A stretch of 64,000 bases of DNA from Mayamaea pseudoterrestris (lineage: Eukaryota), in the NCBI GenBank assembly GCA_027923505.1, contig BROI01000016.1, positions 620,001-684,000 on the forward strand. Reading direction: 5' to 3'. The stretch's first letter is position 1. Every line of letters starts with the position of its first letter. The notes beneath the pieces were generated by a model, which was given only the letters and a program-made list of their open reading frames with translations, made no database searches and had not been told where the DNA came from. The position numbers were made by a program, and so were the translations under genes. Shown here piece after piece: positions 35,401 through 44,270 of this stretch.

Positions 35401-35704
35401 TGATCACGTTCCCAACATGCGCGGCAAGCTCATGATTGTCCACGGCCTGATTGACGAAAATGTTCACTTTCGGCACTCATCTCGCTTGATCAACAAGCTC
35501 ACCAATGCTGGAAAGGATTACGACTTGCTAGTATTTCCCGACGAGCGACACTCTCCCCGACGCCTCCGCGACCGCGTGTATTTGGAGAAGCGGATCAGCG
35601 ATTTCTTCGTGCAACACTTGAACTTGAACAATCCTGCAAGGTCGCAAGGCGAAACTGCCACGAGCCAGGGAGGAGTGAAACGACACTTGGCCGGTCATTT
35701 GTAA
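32477..35704 (+). CDS. S9B dipeptidyl peptidase (DPP4/DPP8/9-like)
   Basis: GVADFVAQEEMDR, YGGPHVQ, GWSYGG (catalytic Ser), HGLIDENVHF (Asp), FPDERH (His); no signal peptide. Confidence 0.93.
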   Translation: MRRHFRRQKKATTRETQPSADAASNSMSTTTSNLLSAQTVASLPPPGLSGPSQAVWSPESSRYLCYVSSNVQSVQQVLAAPALYQPLTGASNNNSNNNIPLVTTATTTERTLLYLDMESETLAPQPLLHFGDNASSSNSNKRSLEQPQQPAAAVTMKNNSSNTQSKDSNDNNECLQEKLQRERQRRGSGSSLTQFDWVWHAPSHCYRLLVPVKGSLYIQDGLGGGKTKSSNGKSNGNSSSNSHSQTASSAAYCIHDKSLSHSALDAQLSPDATMVVWNCNGEVYAKSATSSPRDAAIQLTFGATCNNNTNNTNHQTATATNATCISHGVADFVAQEEMDRYTGTWWSPTSDGLLITRVDETLVPVFRIVHYPSTTLTSTSLMQTVSSNGNSSSNGSNITTEPPVHQFEDHRYPFAGKKNPVVRLAYIKVNGICGATAEAKVASSNGGEQQQPTSNETNAAQVAATQHWKEAIWFDAPREASEYLCRVHWLPNGKTVVTQWQNRAQNVSVLYKMDVATGRSKTLLVERSEHWINLHHMFQFVNPPIHPDECSDLEGNTPPLPKTLPEGSFSFLFASERTGYLHLYLYTYVPKFNGDQAILLRAVTSGDWVVEHIAGVNCNIDTVYVTGTLDSALERHLYAVPLTNGAQIHDGGGDDDVDDDDDEMMHDTCETFTSPNGVRKSLNKVMNVFSSGKVKNGSTARMNGKACRKRPLRLTAKSGMHSIAMDDNCRYFLDTHSDLDRPPSVHLYEFMEGNVVKLVKTLFDAEKDDKALSLLNGTASGTKLPQQMQALLPAPEIFSFPTADGFETLYAALYRPDAQIHGPGPYPLICAVYGGPHVQRVNRSWTQSADMRAQRLRNLGFCVLKCDNRGSSRRGLAFESAIAKGLGRVEVLDQVAAVQQLIIRGIADSSRVGIYGWSYGGYLAAMCLFRAPDVFHAAVAGAPVTSWDGYDTHYTERYMGLPCDNPSGYQESAVFDHVPNMRGKLMIVHGLIDENVHFRHSSRLINKLTNAGKDYDLLVFPDERHSPRRLRDRVYLEKRISDFFVQHLNLNNPARSQGETATSQGGVKRHLAGHL

Positions 35705-36244
35705 ATAGAAAAGGAAGTTAACGCTCTTGCCAAAGAACTATATCTATCGTATGTCGTGCCGCTGCACTAGCTCGATGAGCAAGCAACGTCGTCGCTATAG
35801 TGAGACATGATTGGGTACCGGTACGACGCAAAACACCCTCATTGATTCGCCGTTCGCTTTTACGAGCTAAAAACGCCAAGCGAAGACCCATCCATCACGC
35901 TTTTACGATGCTTTCACGTCTACCGTGACAAACTTGACATACATTGCAGCATCAACAAGAGAGAAAATGACGATGATTCGTTTATCTGTCTTGACTGTCT
36001 TGACTGCGAGTCTCTCGCTGTGTCATGCACTCTCCATGCAGTCGACTGCCGCAGCAAGCAGCAAGGCATCATTCAATCAACGCGCCCTGGCGAATGCTCC
36101 TCCCTTTCCTCGTACATGGGTTCCTCTTGGTTCCACATACGAAATGGACGGCTCGCGTCCAAACAAGGTTCAGTTCCTTGGACAGTCGTACGTTTGCTAT
36201 CAAAATGATTTGAATGACGCCAATTCATGGACAGTCGTCGACGA

Positions 36245-36455
36245 TGTTGGATCTAGAATATATCTTGCGCGCCCTTGAAGCGACACTAATGATTAAGCAG
36301 AACAGAGTCAATAAAACCACTTTACTTATTTTCTCCAAGAAGTGATCGTCCTCGATCCACTCCTTCGGTTGCCGCTTACCGCGCTTACTTAAATGTGACC
36401 GTCTTCGTGACGTCACCGCTGCCGCTTCGGTTTGGGTTCTCATCCATGCTCAACA
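36245..36455 (-). repeat. 3' LTR (211 bp)
   Basis: Base-for-base identical to 41260-41470. Confidence 0.98.
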
Positions 36456-39042
36456 CACTCCTTTGGGCCGAGTAGTACTTACTGCTCGAGGCCAGATTCA
36501 TAACCAGGTTGCGGAGCTTGCCAAACTGGGCTCCCTGCAATGGTTTCGTGAAGAAATCCGCGACCATGTCTCCGGTCGGACAATGCTCAATGTTGACTTC
36601 ACCAGCTGCCACGCGATCTTTCACAAAGAAGTACCGAACATTCATGTGTCGCGTGCGCTTTGTACTTGAGCTTCTGCCATTCTTTTCCAACAGCATTGAA
36701 CTCATATTGTCTTGATACAATTTCGTGTCTTTGACCCCGAAACCTTGCGCCTTCAGAAAATATCCTGTCCACAGCAACTGCGGTAGCACATCATGAACTC
36801 CCACAACTTCGCTCTCCGTCGAGCTTCTTGTTACCAACTTCTGTTTAGCCGACGTACTGTACACTGATCCTTGGCCAAGTGTCATTGTTCCACCAGTGTG
36901 ACCCTTCATGTCTGGGTGCACCGCGTACGACGCATCCACCCACCACTGGACTATCCCGGACTGGTCCGCCTTCAGCGTCAACACCATGTCCACGCTTCCG
37001 CGTAAATATTTAATCACTCTTGCAGCCTTCTTATAGTCGTCTTCGTCAGGCTGCTGCAGCCTCGTGCTCAAGAAAGAAATCGCTGTGCGAATATCCGGTC
37101 GCGCTCGCTGACTCAGATACAGACACTGCATCACAATCGTCACAAAAATCTGCTTCTTCGCTTCGCTCAACATGACAGGATTTTCCGATATCTGAAACAA
37201 GTGACTGGCTGCCGGAGTAGCTGCCGTTCCATCCATGTCGTCTGGCGCATGATGCAGGATGTTCTTCACATAGTCAACCATGTTGATTGCTACTTCTCCA
37301 GGCTTAGTATAGTCCAATACCATGCCGAGGTAGTCGTGCACTTTTCCGCGTGACTTATTCATTGGAGTCTCCTTGCCAAACTCCTCATCCATCTGCGCGA
37401 TGAACTCATCCACTACGCTCACGTCGACGTGCGAAATCTTCAAATCGTCCACGTGCCATCCCACGGTGATTTGCTTCCCATTGACAATCTTGTTGCACAC
37501 ACACGGATCGTACGGGTTCTTCTCGAAGCCCCACTCAAGCAATTTTGCGGACAACTTCTCCCAGAATAGTCGCGCTGCTCGAAGCGTACCATAAAGCGCC
37601 ATGAGTAATTCAACATACATGACTTTCTCGCCATTCTCCATTGTGACGCAAGGCTCGTACATCTCGCGATCAATTTCCAACAGTAGCTCCACCATCTTCC
37701 CAGTGAAACGAACGTGCACCAACTCATCCATTTCCGCTTGCATGAAAGCACCCGGTACATCAACCACAGCAACCTCGCGCCCTTCCATAGCGTCAATGAT
37801 AGCTGTCAGAAAGATGGCCTCTGTCGCTATCGTTGGAGATGCTGCGTCTTCCTTTGCAGTGTATGCTCGTTGCTTGCGTCCATCCGCGCATCCGCGTCCC
37901 TTCACAGTCCCGCATCTCTTGCGCTTGAGAAACATCAAATACGCCAGAGCGTCCTTGCGCTGCTGCGGAGTCAGAGTGCATTGGTGGACTGCCTTCATGA
38001 CGTGCCTGTCGTGTAGCTGCTGCATTTCCTTGCGCACTGCCTCCACTCCAGCATCGCCAAAAGCCTTTAAACCTTGTCGCATATTCATCTGTGCCGTGAC
38101 GAGTGGCTCCGACACTTCCTCTGCAGCGTCGAGCGTGAACAAATGAGCGAACGAGCGAGGTTTGCGCGCACGCAGGCCATACCGACCAGTGCGTGGGCCA
38201 TAGCGCGCATCGAAATCCTCTTCGTCTGCAGCAGCTGGCACTCCTTCAATTTCGCCTTCATCGGGCACTCCTTCAATTTCGCCATCATCCACGGCTGGCG
38301 CGTCGTCAAGTTCGCCGTCAATGGCCTCACCATCCTCGTCGTTCGGCACTCCTTCGATTGCGCCGTCAGCACCATCGTCGTCGTCGTCGTCGTCATCGGT
38401 CGCATTCACTCCTTCGCTTCCGCCGGCAGAGTCGTCGTCACCGCGAGAAGCGTCGTCATCATAATCAGAGTCATCATCATCCTCGGCGTCATCTTCGTGC
38501 CACATGACTGGCTCAGCAGCCTCCGCAACACGGTGGCGGTCCATGAACACGATGCCCGGATTGGCCTTCTGTTGACGAGCGAGACGATGCACGCGCTCAA
38601 TGACATCATCAGGCATGGGCAAAGGCGTAGCGTGCCCACGATTCAGAACTTTGCCCGAAGACAAACTGAGGAAATAAAACCCACCCTGCACATTACCAGT
38701 CGGGCGCAGAGCCAGCGCACCGATCGTGCGCGCCTGCATGTCATTGCTGTGCGACTCATGCGTTTGCACATACTGACCAAATTCATACTTGCAATGCCGA
38801 TTAAAGTCAACTGTCTGACCAGTCACAATAGTGCGTGGACTGAGATCCTTCGAAATGCCACGCTCGTTCGGAAACGCATTCAACCAAAACACGGCAGACT
38901 TCGTCATTTCGATAACCAAGCGTGCCGGCACGTGCTTAAATGGCAACGTGTTGTATGTCGCGCGCACCCGTTCTTTCACGACACGGATAAAACGTTCAAT
39001 TTCGCCAACGTGTTCATCCTCAGATGTCGCATTGAGCGCCAC
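36385..39042 (-). CDS. pol: Pol C-terminal part: integrase C-half, acidic linker, reverse transcriptase, RNase H
   Basis: EHVGEIER (IN Glu); DVPGAF, LYGT..AARLFW, WHVDD (RT); WVDASYA, SSTESE, YQDNMS, MVADFFTKPLQG (RH). The stop codon lies inside the 3' LTR. Confidence 0.95.
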   Translation of the reverse strand: MALNATSEDEHVGEIERFIRVVKERVRATYNTLPFKHVPARLVIEMTKSAVFWLNAFPNERGISKDLSPRTIVTGQTVDFNRHCKYEFGQYVQTHESHSNDMQARTIGALALRPTGNVQGGFYFLSLSSGKVLNRGHATPLPMPDDVIERVHRLARQQKANPGIVFMDRHRVAEAAEPVMWHEDDAEDDDDSDYDDDASRGDDDSAGGSEGVNATDDDDDDDDGADGAIEGVPNDEDGEAIDGELDDAPAVDDGEIEGVPDEGEIEGVPAAADEEDFDARYGPRTGRYGLRARKPRSFAHLFTLDAAEEVSEPLVTAQMNMRQGLKAFGDAGVEAVRKEMQQLHDRHVMKAVHQCTLTPQQRKDALAYLMFLKRKRCGTVKGRGCADGRKQRAYTAKEDAASPTIATEAIFLTAIIDAMEGREVAVVDVPGAFMQAEMDELVHVRFTGKMVELLLEIDREMYEPCVTMENGEKVMYVELLMALYGTLRAARLFWEKLSAKLLEWGFEKNPYDPCVCNKIVNGKQITVGWHVDDLKISHVDVSVVDEFIAQMDEEFGKETPMNKSRGKVHDYLGMVLDYTKPGEVAINMVDYVKNILHHAPDDMDGTAATPAASHLFQISENPVMLSEAKKQIFVTIVMQCLYLSQRARPDIRTAISFLSTRLQQPDEDDYKKAARVIKYLRGSVDMVLTLKADQSGIVQWWVDASYAVHPDMKGHTGGTMTLGQGSVYSTSAKQKLVTRSSTESEVVGVHDVLPQLLWTGYFLKAQGFGVKDTKLYQDNMSSMLLEKNGRSSSTKRTRHMNVRYFFVKDRVAAGEVNIEHCPTGDMVADFFTKPLQGAQFGKLRNLVMNLASSSKYYSAQRSVLSMDENPNRSGSGDVTKTVTFK

Positions 39043-39689
39043 CCGAGATCAGCCAACGCGCCAAGCATTGGAGCGAACTCCCCATCCATCAGAGCCGCGA
39101 CGACACGGAACCCACCGCGTGCGTAAATCTTCAACACAGACTCGATTGCCTTCAACATAACCGGAAGCGTACGGTTTTGAATCACCTCAACCGTAGCAAA
39201 ACGAATGCTGCGGGAGAACGTCACCAACATAGGGACTTTGTTGATATACATGATGTCAGCACAAAGAGTAACGTCTCGATAGCGACTCATGATAGCCGGT
39301 GGAAGCTGCTCAACAATCGCAGGCTTCACCAGATGCGACGCGCGACGCGTCGTCTTTCCTTTTAACGAGCCAACATCTGGTCCAAAGATGTGCTCAGCAG
39401 CCAGGATGTCGGCCTTCGTCACAGGACAGTTCGGCAACTGATTGCTAGTAACGATGCGCAGGTAATCCTTGAGGCTTGGCCGTCCAATTTTGATTTGCAG
39501 TTCCCTAGCTCTAACAGCGCGTAAATAGTCATCATTGGTGTAGTTAGTACGGTTATCGTCTACCGTAGTCAACATCGCCACTCCATCTCTTGACATCGCT
39601 GCGCTTGCCCTTCGAAAAGCTCTCGCAAACATACAGCCCAGAGTCAGTCTCGACAAACTCTCGCTGCTTACCATCCGGCTTCTCCACAA
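38976..39689 (-). CDS. Pol middle part: pre-integrase region and integrase N-half (frameshifted relative to both neighbours)
   Basis: TTVDDN...ARELQIKIGRPS, NCPVT..DI.AA.HIFGPDVGSLKGKT, CADIMYIN (Asp), LMDGEF (Asp). Confidence 0.88.
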   Translation of the reverse strand: MWRSRMVSSESLSRLTLGCMFARAFRRASAAMSRDGVAMLTTVDDNRTNYTNDDYLRAVRARELQIKIGRPSLKDYLRIVTSNQLPNCPVTKADILAAEHIFGPDVGSLKGKTTRRASHLVKPAIVEQLPPAIMSRYRDVTLCADIMYINKVPMLVTFSRSIRFATVEVIQNRTLPVMLKAIESVLKIYARGGFRVVAALMDGEFAPMLGALADLGWRSMRHLRMNTLAKLNVLSVS

Positions 39690-41232
39690 CGAACATTGGA
39701 CGATCCACGCCGTGCATGAGATACTCCACGGTAAACTTCTTGCGGACTTGCGCCAAACTCAAAATGTTCGCCAGTCCCTGCGGATACCACCACACCGGAC
39801 CATAGCCCTCCAGGTCGCCCATCATGTTCGTCCTTACTGTACCAGCGTTGCACTTGATCACCATCCACGTTGGCACCGGGCGAATGTTCGTCAGCATCTT
39901 GGCGTTGCAGAACAGATCCACTGTCGACTGATTGTCCAAGAGCACAGCCTTCTTCGAGATGTTCACCTTCGGCGGCTGCGCGAACATGTATCCGACCTCA
40001 TCGTCGTCATCGCTTTCTTCCTCGCTACCCAGCGTGAAGTGCTGCGCCCCACTAGCCTCTGCAGCCGGCGCACTCTCCGTAGACTCCGTTCTCGTAGGAC
40101 AGTCTCGCTGCACATGACCAACCTGTTGACAGGTCCAGCATCTGGGAGGGTCACGCGCTGTACCAGTCGTGTGAAACGCCACGCCCTCGTTCGTTGGCAA
40201 CGTGGCTTCTCCATCCGCATGCTCACGACGCTGCATGATGTTGTATGCATCGTGGATCGTCAACGGGAAGTTGTCGTGCCCGTCGAGGTAGCAGTTGCGC
40301 AAGTGCTTGCAATACCCAGCGTATTCGCCCGTTGCGCCACGCACGAAAAGCATCGCAAGCTCGAGCTCTTCGGCGGCCTTGATATCCTCCTTGTTCGCCT
40401 TGTTACGATTGTCATCCTTGGCAATGTTCAACGCCACAATCTCGTTGTGCATCGTGACGCCAACCGCCTTCGCCACGTCTGCCAGCGTGACCATGCTTTC
40501 GTAATATTTCTGCAGGCTTTCGCGCGCTCCTTGAGTACGTCCGAACAACTCAGCTTGAATGTCCACGACTTGATCCACAAGTTTGCAGCGCCCTTCGTAC
40601 GTATGCGAGATCTCCTTGATAATCGCCAGCAACTTAATTCCGTCCGTGTCCTCCTCGGCGTCTCGGAACTTGGCGTGCGACTTGACACGATCCTTCATAC
40701 GCTCCGTGCATTGTCCATGCAACACGGCGTAGAGACCAGCGAGGAAGTCGGAGTATACACGCACGCGCTCGACATGCTCTTTCTTGTCGGCCTTGTATTC
40801 CTCGAGCATTATGGACCAGTCCGAGTCCGTCGTGTCGGCATCCTTCGTTGGACGTGCAGGCTCGTCAGGAATCTCCAGTTCCACGTTGCGCATGCCCTTG
40901 AGCAGCTCCTTGGTATATTTCTTGTAGGAGCGCCCGACGAAAGTGATGATCTCGTTCGTCGTACGGATGAATCCATCGGGATCGCGCGAACCGTTATAGT
41001 CGTAGATGAATCCAGCGAGCGTCGGCTCGCTTCCTTGGAAATTTCCACTCGGCGCACGACTCGGTCCGTTGAGTCTGTTACCATTGCCTTGATTCCCGGA
41101 ACGATTCCCAGCACGATTCCCACGACGATAATGACGGTTGCGTCGGTTTCCTTCGCTTGCTGGCGGAGCGGGAGGTGCACCTCCACCGCTCGACGCCGCT
41201 CCTGTCGTCGGAGTATTGCTCGTCGAAGACAT
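39553..41232 (-). CDS. gag: Gag (CCHC zinc knuckle) plus aspartic protease
   Basis: CWTCQQVGHVQRDC knuckle; VLLDNQSTVDLF protease site; ANILSLAQV. ATG lies 27 nt after the 5' LTR. Confidence 0.92.
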   Translation of the reverse strand: MSSTSNTPTTGAASSGGGAPPAPPASEGNRRNRHYRRGNRAGNRSGNQGNGNRLNGPSRAPSGNFQGSEPTLAGFIYDYNGSRDPDGFIRTTNEIITFVGRSYKKYTKELLKGMRNVELEIPDEPARPTKDADTTDSDWSIMLEEYKADKKEHVERVRVYSDFLAGLYAVLHGQCTERMKDRVKSHAKFRDAEEDTDGIKLLAIIKEISHTYEGRCKLVDQVVDIQAELFGRTQGARESLQKYYESMVTLADVAKAVGVTMHNEIVALNIAKDDNRNKANKEDIKAAEELELAMLFVRGATGEYAGYCKHLRNCYLDGHDNFPLTIHDAYNIMQRREHADGEATLPTNEGVAFHTTGTARDPPRCWTCQQVGHVQRDCPTRTESTESAPAAEASGAQHFTLGSEEESDDDDEVGYMFAQPPKVNISKKAVLLDNQSTVDLFCNAKMLTNIRPVPTWMVIKCNAGTVRTNMMGDLEGYGPVWWYPQGLANILSLAQVRKKFTVEYLMHGVDRPMFVVEKPDGKQREFVETDSGLYVCESFSKGKRSDVKRWSGDVDYGRR

Positions 41233-41245
41233 GTCTTTTCACTCG

Positions 41246-41259
41246 CTTCTTGGAGAAAA
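41246..41259 (-). promoter_or_regulatory. Primer-binding site position of the LTR element (TTTTCTCCAAGAAG), complementary to LTR-internal sequence
   Basis: Directly abuts the 5' LTR; lacks the TGG start of a tRNA-CCA PBS; 41246-41260 is the exact reverse complement of 41343-41357. Confidence 0.8.
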
Positions 41260-41470
41260 TGTTGGATCTAGAATATATCTTGCGCGCCCTTGAAGCGACA
41301 CTAATGATTAAGCAGAACAGAGTCAATAAAACCACTTTACTTATTTTCTCCAAGAAGTGATCGTCCTCGATCCACTCCTTCGGTTGCCGCTTACCGCGCT
41401 TACTTAAATGTGACCGTCTTCGTGACGTCACCGCTGCCGCTTCGGTTTGGGTTCTCATCCATGCTCAACA
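41260..41470 (-). repeat. 5' LTR (211 bp)
   Basis: Identical to 36245-36455; contains palindrome GTGACGTCAC (41422-41431) and an Inr-like TCACTT (41360-41355). Confidence 0.98.
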
Positions 41471-43187
41471 GACGATGCTTGTCCCCATCGCTTAGCTCCT
41501 CTTTCGGAAGGCCGCGTCATTAATACAGACGCTGCGACTGGAAACGAAATCCAGCTCAAGGACTTGCCAAAGCATTCTGCTACTGGAGAAACCAAGCGAC
41601 TCTTGGAGTGCGCCTACCACGGCTGGGCCTTTGACAGGGACGGTCGCTGCAATCGCATTCCGCAAGCGACGTTGGAGCTGCAGCAGCGCACCATTCAATC
41701 CAATCCAAACTGTCACGTGCAAGGATATTCAACGCGAGTCTCGAAGAATATACTGTTCGCGTGGCTGTGGCCTGAGGACTGTCTGCAGTTTACGCAGGAC
41801 GAGTGGCGGCAGCCGGACTACATGACGGAAAACATGTTGGAGGATGGATACACGTACACGCGCGACGCGCAGTATGGCTGGGATACGCTGCTGGAGAATA
41901 TCATTGACTTGTCGCACTTGCCGTGGGTATGTATGTGAGCAAACGAGTGTCGAAATGATTACGTTGAAGTCTCTCATTCATTCGTCTCACGCGCGACGTT
42001 TCTTGCATGCATTTATTATTCTCGACAGGCCCACCACGGCCAGCAGGGAACGCGAGACGACACTGTCGTCATGAACATTACGGCGATTGGCAAGCCATCG
42101 GAGCAAGGCATGAAGTTTTCCTTTGACGACAAGACCATGGCGCTCGATCGGACTGGCTTGCTTGACTTTCGGGCGCCCTTTTTCATGCTCTTGTATTCGC
42201 AGCTTCAACCAAAGAGCAAAGACGACATGCCAAAGTACTTTGACATGAATCTTGTCATGATTCCAACCAAGCCGGGCTGGAATCGTCTCATTGTTTGCAC
42301 TGGAAGTGGTAAACGCTCCGGGGAAGAGATGGCAGCAGGAAGCGCAAATGACTCGACGCAAGCTGCAACAAAAAAGTTACCAAAAGCAAGCGTGTTTGGT
42401 AGAGTCTACCGTCGACTTCCCGTTTGGATAAAACATCAGTTTACGCACAAAATTATTGACGCTGATATTATCTTGCTGCACAAGCAGGAGGAGGAGCGAA
42501 CGACCAACCGTGGGGTTGACTATGAAGGTTACTGCATGCCGGCCACGTCGGATCGAGTCATTACTCCCATTCGACGATGGGTGTCAAAATATGCTCACAT
42601 TCCGTCACTGTCAATAAATGGCGACGGTAGTGGCGGACGAGTGGTGCTGCCGGAACCGCCGGTGCAGCGAAGCGTCTTGTTTGATCGTTGGTCGCAGCAT
42701 TCGGATCAGTGCAAACACTGCCACAAGGCGCTTGACGGTGTCAAGACTTGGCGCCGCAACAATTTTATGATCATGGCAGTCAGCATTATAGCGGCCAAGT
42801 TCTTGGCAGCTCGCGTCGCCCTTGTTGGATGCTTGGCCATGTGGCGACTCTTGCATGTTGCGGAGGAGTCGCTTACCAAGGGCCAGTGTGACCACTACAA
42901 GAATCATTGACAGCATCAACGATTTTTTTGAACATTTTTGGGCATGTCAATGATGGACGTCTTTTGGGCTTGTACACGATGTTGCAACACTGCGTCAAGT
43001 GAACAAATGTAGCTGCATCTACATTAATGAAACGTTTGCATATCAAATATACAGTATATTTGGAGTATGTGAATCTTTTGAGGCACACCGCTCTACCGGT
43101 AGCTACCGTCGAGCCGAAATCGACAGAGGAAGCGCAGTCGAATGTCTGTCACGATGCGCCAACCCACCCTGAGTCGCAAACGAAGAT

Positions 43188-43901
43188 ATGGCACAGGGTC
43201 AAAAGAAGTCACGATCAAGGACAAGGATGAACTTGAGCACGGACGAGTCACATGATAGTGGTGGTCTCCGTTTGCGACCAAAAGCCAAAAAGGCGAATAC
43301 AAGTAGTAAGCTTGGTAGTGAGGTTCTGGCGAACGCAAAATTCGGGATTGAGCAGTCTGTCTGGGTTGACATGTATGGTGAAAGCTCTGGAATCGCTACC
43401 GTTTTGGCAAACCATTTGTCGATGAATTTACCGGTGCAAACACAATCAGTGTATTGGGTTGGTTTCTCAAACACAAAACGCGAGCGCATTGTGGAAGAAG
43501 ACGTCATGCACTCGAGTAACGCTTTAAGCGAAGGTGCTCGTATGATGCGCACTGCAGTGGCTCGACCAGCAACGGCTCAATTAGACTGCTCAGGTCTTGA
43601 TAGTGAGGTTGACCGTGCGAATCCTGCCGCCTTTGCTGCAGAGGATGACGATGACGGCAATAAGAAACCCCCTGGACGCTTGTACAAGATTGGGCAAGTC
43701 GTCCTTTACAAGAATATTCTTACTGCAAAGATTGCCAAGCTGGGAGTGTACGGTGAAACTGGATGGTGCTATGATATTAGTCCGCTTCTGGATCGCGTTC
43801 CTATTTTAGATGTTGCTGAACGCTTCTTGGGTCCTATGGGCACTACCGGTAGCAACGTTCAAGCGTCCCTTCGAATGCACCCTTATTATGGTGAGTATTG
43901 A
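43188..43901 (+). CDS. Hypothetical protein
   Basis: 237-codon ATG-initiated ORF; basic N-terminus; no family recognised. Confidence 0.4.
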   Translation: MAQGQKKSRSRTRMNLSTDESHDSGGLRLRPKAKKANTSSKLGSEVLANAKFGIEQSVWVDMYGESSGIATVLANHLSMNLPVQTQSVYWVGFSNTKRERIVEEDVMHSSNALSEGARMMRTAVARPATAQLDCSGLDSEVDRANPAAFAAEDDDDGNKKPPGRLYKIGQVVLYKNILTAKIAKLGVYGETGWCYDISPLLDRVPILDVAERFLGPMGTTGSNVQASLRMHPYYGEY

Positions 43902-44097
43902 ATGTACTCGTAAAGCAAATAGGCAACAAAAAGTTTTGTGGCAACAAACTAAGACAAGTGTAGAATAACAACAGTACTGGTAGTACGCACTGAGGATCTG
44001 AGGATGTCTTCCACCGTACAATTAGCTACGTCTTGTTGCAGGCGAGCTTGGAACACATGTCGACAACTGTCGGAGAGCACCACCACCAGTTTCTAGA

Positions 44098-44270
44098 TAC
44101 TCTGTAGGTTGCCATGTCATTCTTATCTGGCAGCTCCGGAATATTGACGTCGGAACATCTCCTCGTCTTGCTCACGCGAGATAAATGAGATGGCGATTCC
44201 TTTCGCACCGAAGCAACCCAGATGTCCGACACGATGAGTTGATTGATTTCCACCGGAGAAAGTCGTTGAA
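44098..44270 (-). pseudogene. Degenerate fragment of a UAP56/SUB2 last exon
   Basis: HRVGHLGCFGAKGIAISFISREQDEEM and, in another frame, DVNIPELPDKNDMATY align with [27 protein letters not shown]...[16 protein letters not shown] of the adjacent gene. Confidence 0.8.

Larger units (their letters stand above)
36245..41470 (-). mobile_element. Full-length Ty1/copia LTR retrotransposon (CoDi-like), 5226 bp
   Basis: Identical 211-bp LTRs with TGTTG...CAACA ends; 5-bp TSD GACGA at 36240-36244 and 41471-41475; gag-PR-IN-RT-RH order; short PPT AAAGGAGTG next to the 3' LTR. Confidence 0.98.
35967..42910 (+). pseudogene. PaO/TIC55-family Rieske oxygenase, copy 3, disrupted by the LTR element (exon parts 35967-36244 and 41476-41926; intron 41927-42028; last exon 42029-42910)
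   Basis: Removing the element and one GACGA copy restores VVDDACPHRLAPLSEGR in frame. CAYHGW, ENIIDLSHLPW|AHHG and HSDQCKHC are otherwise intact. Confidence 0.92.

Noticed and set aside
41246..41259. Canonical tRNA primer-binding site
   Set aside because: No TGG complement of tRNA CCA next to the LTR; the sequence instead matches the LTR itself.
38074..41271. Long plus-strand ORFs (350 and 519 aa) inside the retrotransposon
   Set aside because: Antisense shadows of gag/pol explained by codon bias; no recognisable protein features.
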